Part shown: positions 1-5,782 of the stretch, in pieces
How positions within the stretch are numbered: the first letter of the stretch is position 1
Layout: the number at the start of each line of letters is the position of its first letter
IMG/VR virus record: IMGVR_UViG_3300014042_000248
Span: 1 to 6,510 of that record
Reading direction: 5' to 3' (one strand)
Length of the DNA stretch: 6,510 nucleotides
DNA from: a virus
The notes under the pieces: generated by a model
Databases searched by the model: none
What the model was told of the DNA's origin: nothing
What the model saw: the letters and a program-made list of their open reading frames with translations, nothing else
Position numbers and translations under genes: made by a program

Positions 1-55
1 AGTTGAGCCTGACGGTCAAACTGATTGGGTTGGAAAAGGGATTATTAAACCGTAG
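1..55 (+). CDS. 3' fragment (duplicate copy) of the 62-aa basic DNA-binding-like protein gene, whose full copy is at 6304..6492
   Basis: It lies in the repeat. It reads ..VEPDGQTDWVGKGIIKP then stop TAG at 53-55, identical to the end of the 6304..6492 ORF. Confidence 0.8.
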   Translation, partial: VEPDGQTDWVGKGIIKP

Positions 56-73
56 GTTTGATGTAAGCGAAGC
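1..73. repeat. Left copy of the 73-bp terminal redundancy (circular wrap or tandem junction)
   Basis: agttgagcctgacggtcaaactgattgggttggaaaagggattattaaaccgtaggtttgatgtaagcgaagc is identical to 6438-6510. Confidence 0.95.
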
Positions 74-111
74 GAGGCGCTTTTTCTGGGACTTATCGCG
101 CCTCCGTTTTT
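74..111 (+). terminator. Putative rho-independent terminator of the accessory operon
   Basis: GC-rich 7-bp stem gaggcgc (74-80) / gcgcctc (98-104) followed by cgttttt. It starts 19 nt after the stop at 55. The loop is large (17 nt), so strength is uncertain. Confidence 0.45.
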
Positions 112-237
112 CATCGTTTGATAATGTTACAGATTCGAGATTGCTAAACACGTCCCTGCCTGACTCTTTTCTTTAGCTGCTGACTTTCAGCGCGTTTTCT
201 GCCTAACGGTCGTAGACAAAATTTTTTTTCAGCGATT

Positions 238-293
238 ACCGCGAAGCGGTTCGGGTTCCAGTGACACCCGAACTTTGGTGTGGTTTCCCACAC
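238..293. other. Cluster of three ssDNA hairpins between convergent gene ends (candidate complementary-strand origin and/or terminator for the minus-strand gene)
   Basis: Three hairpins: ACCGC-GAA-GCGGT (238-250); an 8-bp perfect stem gttcgggt (249-256) / acccgaac (266-273) with a 9-nt loop; and a 6-bp stem gtgtgg (278-283) / ccacac (288-293) with a 4-nt loop. Confidence 0.5.
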
Positions 294-481
294 TATTCTA
301 TTTCTATCTCCCCCCTCTTATTTACTTTTGTTCTTGATAGCGACTTTTCTAGAACTATATGTAATAACTCAGATTCTTGTATTGGCTTCTTTTCCAAATC
401 TATCAATATCTTGTTGATTTCTCTGCATTTTAGTTCTGCTGTACGTTGTTCATCTTTAGTTAATCTAAGTGTTTGCGCCAT
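293..481 (-). CDS. Small ribbon-helix-helix (CopG/Arc/MetJ-like) transcriptional regulator, putative phage repressor in the RstR position
   Basis: 62-aa ORF divergent from Rep. The pattern is beta-strand QTLRLT, then helix KDEQRTAELKCREINK, then a turn, then helix ESELLHIVLEKSL, which is typical of RHH proteins. The protein is charged and non-hydrophobic, unlike the antisense + strand ORF. There is a weak SD (AAAGG) 8 nt upstream of the ATG. Confidence 0.55.
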   Translation of the reverse strand: MAQTLRLTKDEQRTAELKCREINKILIDLEKKPIQESELLHIVLEKSLSRTKVNKRGEIEIE

Positions 482-597
482 TGTTTTGACCTTTGCGTTG
501 CTGCTACCTCCTAACTATACACGTATACATGTTGACACGTTCCTAGTGCGCGTGTATACATGTGCACATATTTACAGGATGTTACATGTATGCGTGA
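482..597. promoter_or_regulatory. Divergent control region between the repressor-like gene and Rep, with three copies of an ACATGT-core operator-like repeat
   Basis: GTATACATGT occurs at 523-532 and 554-563 (31 bp apart). cacgtatacatgt (520-532) is a 12/13 inverted match of acatgtatgcgtg (584-596). A perfect 10-bp palindrome ATGTGCACAT lies at 560-569. Confidence 0.6.
532..560 (+). promoter_or_regulatory. Candidate sigma70-type Rep promoter
   Basis: Perfect -35 TTGACA (532-537), a 17-nt spacer, and -10 TATACA (555-560). It lies about 40 nt upstream of the Rep start. Operator-like repeats abut the -35 and overlap the -10. Confidence 0.5.
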
Positions 598-1728
598 ATG
601 CTTATGACCTCTTTTTTCTTTGATTGGCTCACAGTAGAGCAAGATTTCGGTTTTGAATTACCATTTCTTTCTGATGTTGCTTATCAGCGTATACACGTTG
701 AGTCAGGGGAGGGGAGTTCACTAAATCAAACTCCTTTTACTCACAAGGGAAGTTTTTGCGATACCATTCTTATTAAAATTCGTGGCTCTGTTCTTAAGTT
801 TTCGGGCAATCCTTCTCGTTGGGGTCGTCTTGATAACCTTTTTGGCCTGAGTTCTGTAGATGCTTGTATATCCGTTTATAACTCTATTTGCCGCGATTTA
901 GGTTTACCTCAATTCACTCGCTGTACTCGTTTATTACCTTGCCAGACTCCTGATGCCACTCGTCAAAAATGGACTTCCGACGGTGCCATTATTAAGGAGT
1001 TACATATCACGCAAAATATTTCTGTTGGAGCTGGAAATGTTGATGACTATCTCTCTGGCCTGTCTACTCAGCGCTATCGCAATTCTATTCCCCGCCTTCA
1101 CTCTAACGGTAAATCTGTTGATTGGTTGTCGGCTCGTGGTAACGCAAATTTAATTTATCCAACTGTTTATGATAAGGCGCATGAAATTGAATTACATGCT
1201 TTGCCTAAGTTTAAAAATGTTTTTGGTGAAGAATCCGATAATTATAATTATTTGAAATCGTTAGCTGAATATTGTCGCTCTATTGGTTTGGTTCGTTTTG
1301 AGCAGAAATTGAAATCACGTTATTTACAAAAACACGACCTTAGTTATTGGGGAATTTCTGATTATTCCGTTTTAAATGATTTGCATAATGAATTTATAAA
1401 TGTTGATAAAAAATTACAGGTGACAGCTATGGATTTTGAAACTATATCTGAGCGTTTATTTAATCTTGGTATTGTTGAGACCACTCGCGCAGCCAATACT
1501 ACTGCAATTTATGCTGTTCAATGGATGCACGGCCATACTTTTGATTTCAACAAAAAGCAAGTTAAAACTCACCGCGCTAGGCTTCGTAAAATCGGTATTG
1601 ACATTGCTCAACGCTGTAATATTTCTAAATTCAGCCCTGTTTTTGTTACTGCTACCCGTGAAGTAAAACCCGTTCCCGTCCAAATCCCGTCTTGGTATCA
1701 AATGCCACGTCATTTATCTGTTGCTTAA
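598..1728 (+). CDS. Rolling-circle replication initiation protein (Ff pII / CTXphi RstA-type, Phage_CRI-like)
   Basis: 376-aa ORF. The N-terminal FDWLT motif and the segment GLVRFEQKLKSRYL closely resemble M13 pII GLVRFEARIKTRYL (from memory). It sits first in the operon, directly upstream of the gene-V homolog. The start could instead be the ATG at 604. Confidence 0.85.
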   Translation: MLMTSFFFDWLTVEQDFGFELPFLSDVAYQRIHVESGEGSSLNQTPFTHKGSFCDTILIKIRGSVLKFSGNPSRWGRLDNLFGLSSVDACISVYNSICRDLGLPQFTRCTRLLPCQTPDATRQKWTSDGAIIKELHITQNISVGAGNVDDYLSGLSTQRYRNSIPRLHSNGKSVDWLSARGNANLIYPTVYDKAHEIELHALPKFKNVFGEESDNYNYLKSLAEYCRSIGLVRFEQKLKSRYLQKHDLSYWGISDYSVLNDLHNEFINVDKKLQVTAMDFETISERLFNLGIVETTRAANTTAIYAVQWMHGHTFDFNKKQVKTHRARLRKIGIDIAQRCNISKFSPVFVTATREVKPVPVQIPSWYQMPRHLSVA

Positions 1729-1737
1729 GGAGTTAAT

Positions 1738-2043
1738 ATGCTTGTATTTGAAATTTTTGCTGATGAACAAACTTGTGAGCCTCGTGTTATTAAGGGCAAG
1801 GATAATAAGCCTGACCGTCAAGTTTTCGACCAGAAAGCTTATTTGAAAAAAGGTCGCCAGCTAATACAGTTGACAGTTACTCATGATTCACTTTTAGAAG
1901 CTTATCCTGCTGGTCTTTATACTTTGCATGAAGATTCATTTGAAGTTGAAAATTATTATGGCCGTGGTCAGTTAAAAATGGCTTATAAGATGAAATTAAC
2001 CCCTGTTTCATCTTCTGATTCTTCTGCTAAAAAAGCATTTTAG
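1738..2043 (+). CDS. ssDNA-binding protein (Ff gene V protein homolog)
   Basis: 101 aa with a strong SD AAGGAG 5 nt upstream. AYPAGLYTLHEDSFEVENYYGRGQL parallels M13 gVp AYAPGLYTVHLSSFKVGQFGSL, and the N-terminus MLVFEI parallels MIKVEI (from memory). It lies immediately after Rep. Confidence 0.8.
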   Translation: MLVFEIFADEQTCEPRVIKGKDNKPDRQVFDQKAYLKKGRQLIQLTVTHDSLLEAYPAGLYTLHEDSFEVENYYGRGQLKMAYKMKLTPVSSSDSSAKKAF

Positions 2044-2055
2044 GAATTAAACAAA

Positions 2056-2289
2056 ATGGCATTATGTGTTGAAAGTAAAACAATTTATTATGGACGTGAA
2101 CCTTTGGTTCAGCCTGTTTTAGTTGTTTCTGAGTCTCAACCTTGTACAACTTATTATTTGGTTGAGGCTGATGATTTGCAAAGTCAACTTTCAGCTTATG
2201 AGGTCGGTTTGTTTATAGCTGGTGCTATTTCATTATATGGAATGGCGTTTGTTTTTAAATTAGGTCGTCAGACTTTTGGTCTGCGTTAA
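2056..2289 (+). CDS. Small membrane protein, putative minor virion or assembly protein (Psh position of CTXphi)
   Basis: 77 aa with SD AGGA upstream and a C-terminal hydrophobic helix VGLFIAGAISLYGMAFVF followed by basic residues. It lies between the ssDNA-binding and major coat genes. Confidence 0.55.
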   Translation: MALCVESKTIYYGREPLVQPVLVVSESQPCTTYYLVEADDLQSQLSAYEVGLFIAGAISLYGMAFVFKLGRQTFGLR

Positions 2290-2298
2290 GGATATTTT

Positions 2299-2508
2299 AT
2301 GTCTAAAGCTAAAAAGCTGCTTTTATCTATTGGTGCTGTAGGCGCTTCCGTTGCTTCAACTGCTGCATCTGCCGCTATCGATGTTTCAGCCCAAGTTGAT
2401 ACTATGGTTTCTGACGGTATGCTTGTAATTGGTGCTGTTGGTGTTGGTATGATGACTTTAGCGGCCGCTACTGTTGTTTATAAATGGGGTAAGGCACAGT
2501 TCTTCTAA
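2299..2508 (+). CDS. Major coat protein precursor (pVIII/Cep-like)
   Basis: 69 aa with SD AAGGA. The signal peptide MSKAKKLLLSIGAVGASVASTAASA ends in ASA. The predicted 44-aa mature part has an acidic N-terminus (D, D, D), a hydrophobic core and a basic C-terminus (YKWGKAQFF). It is followed by a strong terminator, as in Ff. Confidence 0.85.
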   Translation: MSKAKKLLLSIGAVGASVASTAASAAIDVSAQVDTMVSDGMLVIGAVGVGMMTLAAATVVYKWGKAQFF

Positions 2509-2524
2509 ACTTAATTTCAATTAC

Positions 2525-2547
2525 AGCGGGGATTTTTCCCCGCTTTT
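2525..2547 (+). terminator. Rho-independent terminator or attenuator after the major coat gene
   Basis: 8-bp stem agcgggga (2525-2532) / tccccgct (2537-2544) with a tttt loop, followed by a T run. It lies 17 nt after the coat stop codon. Confidence 0.8.
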
Positions 2548-2581
2548 GAGGTTTTATGCTGATTACCTTACAGGATATTTT

Positions 2582-4015
2582 ATGGTTATTCGTACTCTTA
2601 GTAATCGTGGATTGCATAAGGCGGGTTTTTTTCTAACTCTATTTTCAACTTCACTCTTTGCCTATACACCTCCAGCTACCCCTAATCTACCTCTGTTTTA
2701 CGAGTTTACAGGCGCTAACGCTGTATCAGAATCCACCGATTTTTATAACTCACAATGTGACGCTGATAATTATTCTTGGTATGGTGTCGATTGGTTCTGT
2801 GCCACTGGTGACCCTACTAATCCTATTTGCCAAGTTAAAATGGCTTATCATTCTAGTGACGTTAATAATTGTCAGTCATATATTCCGCCTGATTTGCCTG
2901 ACCCCAATTTAACTCCTGACGAATTACAAGAGGGTACAGGTAGCAATAAAAATTTAATTGAAAAACTCGAATTGATGCGTATTGCTCAATTTAATAAGCT
3001 TGTTGATGACGGTCTTTATCAAGATAAGGATTTAGCTTTATCAAAGCAGACTAATTCGCTTTTAAATTCATTAAATCATACTTTATCCTATGCTAACGAT
3101 AACCGTTCTATTGTTGACGCTATTAATCAATGGGGTGCCACTTTACAGGTTAACTCCCAAAATCTCGCTCAATCTGAACGTGAATTTTGGGCTAATCGTT
3201 TTCATCTCGAAGATTTTAATTTTGACAATCGCTTAGGCGGCATTTCTTCTCAACTTACTGAGCTTTCAGGTTTGCAATCCTCTATGCAACAACTTGTTAA
3301 TAATACTGCTGGCGGTGGTTCTGGTGGCTCAACTGATTTAACTTTGACTAATCGAATGCTTGGTAATATTGAAGAACTTTTTTATGATTTTCGCAATTAT
3401 TATGGCTATCTTGAGTCATTCGATTCATATATGAAAGGTGAGCGCTATTCTTTGCTAACTGATATAAATGATTCCATTAAAGCTTTGGGGGGTGGTGATA
3501 ATTCTGCTGTTGTAGAGCAACTTGTAGATGCAAATAGCAATTTGACTGATATTGTTGATGCGATAGGAAAGGGCGGGGATGGTTCTAACCCTGATGCTAT
3601 TTCAGAAAATGGCTGCGCTGCCTTTTCTTGTTCTTCAGATAGTCCAGAGTGTTATATTGCTCGTAAAGCTTGGGAGCGTTCTTGCGCTGCATCTAAAAAT
3701 GAAACTGATGGTCAAGGGCTTATTGATTCTTTAGTTTCATCTGTAAAAGATTATACAGAGTCGCCTGACGGTGATATTCAAAATATAGATGCGGGTGTTA
3801 TTAATACCGATTCTTTGTTGAATAAATACACTAATGACAATGGCTTTAATGCAGGCGGTCAGAAAACCTGTCCTGAGCCTTTGGCCTTAGATATTGGCGT
3901 TACTGTTTTATATTTAAATTTAACTCCAATGTGTGATTTGGCGGCGGTCATTAGTTTCTTTGTTATTGCTACTGCCATGCTTTCATCTGGTCTAGCTATT
4001 GCTAAATATTCATAG
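2582..4015 (+). CDS. Minor coat / host-adsorption protein (pIII/OrfU-like)
   Basis: Start chosen at ATG 2582, with AGGA 7 nt upstream, downstream of the terminator. Evidence: signal-like N-terminus MVIRTLSNRGLHKAGFFLTLFSTSLFA; Cys-containing N-terminal region; Gly-rich linker AGGGSGGS; Cys-rich C-terminal domain; terminal membrane anchor AAVISFFVIATAMLSSGLAIAKYS. It is the largest ORF, lying between the coat and pVI-like genes. Confidence 0.75.
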   Translation: MVIRTLSNRGLHKAGFFLTLFSTSLFAYTPPATPNLPLFYEFTGANAVSESTDFYNSQCDADNYSWYGVDWFCATGDPTNPICQVKMAYHSSDVNNCQSYIPPDLPDPNLTPDELQEGTGSNKNLIEKLELMRIAQFNKLVDDGLYQDKDLALSKQTNSLLNSLNHTLSYANDNRSIVDAINQWGATLQVNSQNLAQSEREFWANRFHLEDFNFDNRLGGISSQLTELSGLQSSMQQLVNNTAGGGSGGSTDLTLTNRMLGNIEELFYDFRNYYGYLESFDSYMKGERYSLLTDINDSIKALGGGDNSAVVEQLVDANSNLTDIVDAIGKGGDGSNPDAISENGCAAFSCSSDSPECYIARKAWERSCAASKNETDGQGLIDSLVSSVKDYTESPDGDIQNIDAGVINTDSLLNKYTNDNGFNAGGQKTCPEPLALDIGVTVLYLNLTPMCDLAAVISFFVIATAMLSSGLAIAKYS

Positions 4016-4023
4016 GTGACTAT

Positions 4024-4371
4024 ATGCCTTATTTTTTGATGTTTCTTGCATCTATTTTCCCTTTTCTATCAAGCATCGTTGCTGCAACTGCTGGCCGCAT
4101 TGCTGTAGCTATAGGTTTTGGCACTGTAACTTTCATGGGTGTTGGTCTTATTTTTGACAAGATACTTGATAAGTTAAATGCCGCTACAACTACGCTGCCG
4201 CCTCTTGTTGCTACGTTTATCCATCTTTGCGGTATTGATACCGCTATAAACATTATGATGTCTACGGGCTTTGCTTTGTTGGTTCTTAAGGGGGCGAATA
4301 GGGCTGGCAACTCTCGCCAAATTGTTTGGCGTAAGCCAGGGGATAAATCTGACGTTGATTGGGGTGCCTAA
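4024..4371 (+). CDS. Hydrophobic minor coat protein (pVI / Ace-position protein)
   Basis: 115 aa with SD AGGTGA upstream and multiple hydrophobic segments. Length and position (between the pIII-like and Zot-like genes) match Ff pVI and CTXphi Ace. Its stop overlaps the next start (TAATG). Confidence 0.7.
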   Translation: MPYFLMFLASIFPFLSSIVAATAGRIAVAIGFGTVTFMGVGLIFDKILDKLNAATTTLPPLVATFIHLCGIDTAINIMMSTGFALLVLKGANRAGNSRQIVWRKPGDKSDVDWGA

Positions 4372-5681
4372 TGATTGTTTTGAGAACGGGTAAGCCCGGT
4401 GCAAGTAAAACTTTGAATTCTTTTTCAGACCTTGTTACTCAGAATGATGGTACTCGCCCGATTTATTATCACAATGTCCGTTTAGTTATGCTTGACTATG
4501 AGGTTTCATCCACTTTTTCAGGTTGGCTCTATGGTAATTATATTCCTAGGCTTAAGAACAAGGGGGCTATCAAGCGTCTAAACAAGATCATTAAAAGAGT
4601 TCATGCTGATGATGAATTTGTTTCTTTAGAGCATGTTCCTTGGCTTCAAAGTCTTTACGAGGCCGATTCTCCTTTGTCCACTTGGCTTTTGTGGGTTAGG
4701 AAACTCTATTCGCCTAAGCAGCTTGAACGCATGGAGGAATTTATTGCTAACATGCCTCAAGAGTCTCTTACTTTTGAACACCTTAAGCAGTTTAATTTGC
4801 ATTTCACTCGGTTTGATGATGTTCGCCAGTGGTTCACGTTGCCCAAGGGTTCGATTATCTTTATTGATGAATGTCAGCAGTTCTTCCCGCCTCGGGCCAT
4901 TGGCTCTAAGGTGCCTGATTACATATCGAACTTTGAAACTCACCGTCATCATGGTTTTGATGTTCATTTAGTCACACAGGATAGGATGTTGTTGGACAAT
5001 CACGTTCGCAAGCTGGCCAATAAACATATTCACTATCATAATCCGTTTGGTGGTGAGCGCATTTCTCGTTATGAGAATTCTAAGAGTTTTGACCCTGACA
5101 ATTATTTTGATACTCAGACTTGTCAAAAATCTATGCCTAAGCGCCCTAGTAAATTCTATGGCGCTTACTTTAGTTCTGAGATGCATACCCATAAATTCAA
5201 GTTGCCAAAGATTTTCTATGTTGGTGTATTCTTGATTATTTTCTTTATTGTTGTTGTCTATATGTTTGTTACATCTGACATTATGAACCCTAGCAGGCTT
5301 TCTGATTCTTCTGATAAGAAAGCGGCTACGTCTGAGGTTAAGAAGGATTCAGAATATTCTAGAGTTGCTAAAATCAACAACACTAATAAGAATGATTCAC
5401 CTATGTTTAGGGATTACATTGCTAAGTTAACTGATGGTGTTTTTATCACAGGTTCGCTTTATAAGCGTGATACTTATGGAAAGGTATCCTTTGATTATTC
5501 TTTTGCTAAAAAATCTACTGCCGAGCCTTTTGAGCCTTCGGCTGTTGGTTTTACGGTTAATCCTATAACTAATTGTTTGGCTCGTTTGTCTTTTGATAAT
5601 TACACAACGTTTATTACCTGTGATCCTTTTGGTGATAGTTTACCTTCTGAGTCTGACCAACCTACTTCCGCCTCTATATAG
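4371..5681 (+). CDS. zot: Zot-family / pI-like phage assembly NTPase (zonula occludens toxin-like protein)
   Basis: Start taken at ATG 4371, in a TAATG overlap with the upstream gene. Evidence: Walker A GKPGASKT; Walker B IIFIDECQQFFPPR (compare Zot FIDECGRIWPPR); THRHHGFDVHLVTQD (compare Zot MHRHHGWDI and M13 pI LGWDIIFLVQD, from memory); one TM helix IFYVGVFLIIFFIVVVYMFV; then a periplasmic C-terminal domain. Confidence 0.85.
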   Translation: MIVLRTGKPGASKTLNSFSDLVTQNDGTRPIYYHNVRLVMLDYEVSSTFSGWLYGNYIPRLKNKGAIKRLNKIIKRVHADDEFVSLEHVPWLQSLYEADSPLSTWLLWVRKLYSPKQLERMEEFIANMPQESLTFEHLKQFNLHFTRFDDVRQWFTLPKGSIIFIDECQQFFPPRAIGSKVPDYISNFETHRHHGFDVHLVTQDRMLLDNHVRKLANKHIHYHNPFGGERISRYENSKSFDPDNYFDTQTCQKSMPKRPSKFYGAYFSSEMHTHKFKLPKIFYVGVFLIIFFIVVVYMFVTSDIMNPSRLSDSSDKKAATSEVKKDSEYSRVAKINNTNKNDSPMFRDYIAKLTDGVFITGSLYKRDTYGKVSFDYSFAKKSTAEPFEPSAVGFTVNPITNCLARLSFDNYTTFITCDPFGDSLPSESDQPTSASI

Positions 5682-5684
5682 CCC

Positions 5685-5730
5685 AAAAATAGAGGGGGGG
5701 AGGCAAGCGAAGCGCCCCCCCTTTATTTTT
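5685..5730 (+). terminator. Long hairpin and terminator directly after the zot-like gene (also a candidate packaging signal)
   Basis: 16-bp stem AAAAATAGAGGGGGGG (5685-5700) / CCCCCCCTTTATTTTT (5715-5730) with one G.T pair. The 14-nt loop contains GCGAAGC. There is an A tract 5' and a T tract 3'. It starts 4 nt after the stop codon. Confidence 0.7.
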
Positions 5731-5782
5731 GTTTACATTCCTTACATCACTTTTTTTCTATCCCAAATCCCTCTCACACAAA

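Noticed and set aside
280-300. AATAGTGTGG on the minus strand, resembling the Ff + origin nick context (AATAGTGG)
   Set aside because: It is on the wrong strand for a + strand nick, overlaps the stop codon of the 293..481 ORF, and the similarity is only about 8 nt.
261-623. 120-aa + strand ORF (GTG start) covering the repressor-like gene and the Rep control region
   Set aside because: It is the antisense shadow of the 293..481 ORF. The product is Cys- and Ser-rich and hydrophobic with no SD, and it runs through the operator/promoter repeats into Rep. It is most likely non-coding.
2474-2581. N-terminal extension of the pIII-like ORF back to ATG 2474
   Set aside because: The extension overlaps the 3' end of the major coat gene and reads straight through the strong terminator hairpin (2525-2547). 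The ATG at 2582 has an SD and is followed by a proper signal peptide.
4359-4370. TTG start at 4359 for the zot-like gene
   Set aside because: The ATG at 4371 forms a classic TAATG stop-start overlap and places the Walker A at the extreme N-terminus, as in pI/Zot proteins. The four extra residues are unsupported.
4371-5681. Enterotoxin (Zot toxin) function for the zot-like gene
   Set aside because: Family membership reflects the phage-assembly NTPase role. The active Zot peptide motif FCIGRL is absent and the C-terminal domain is unrelated by eye.
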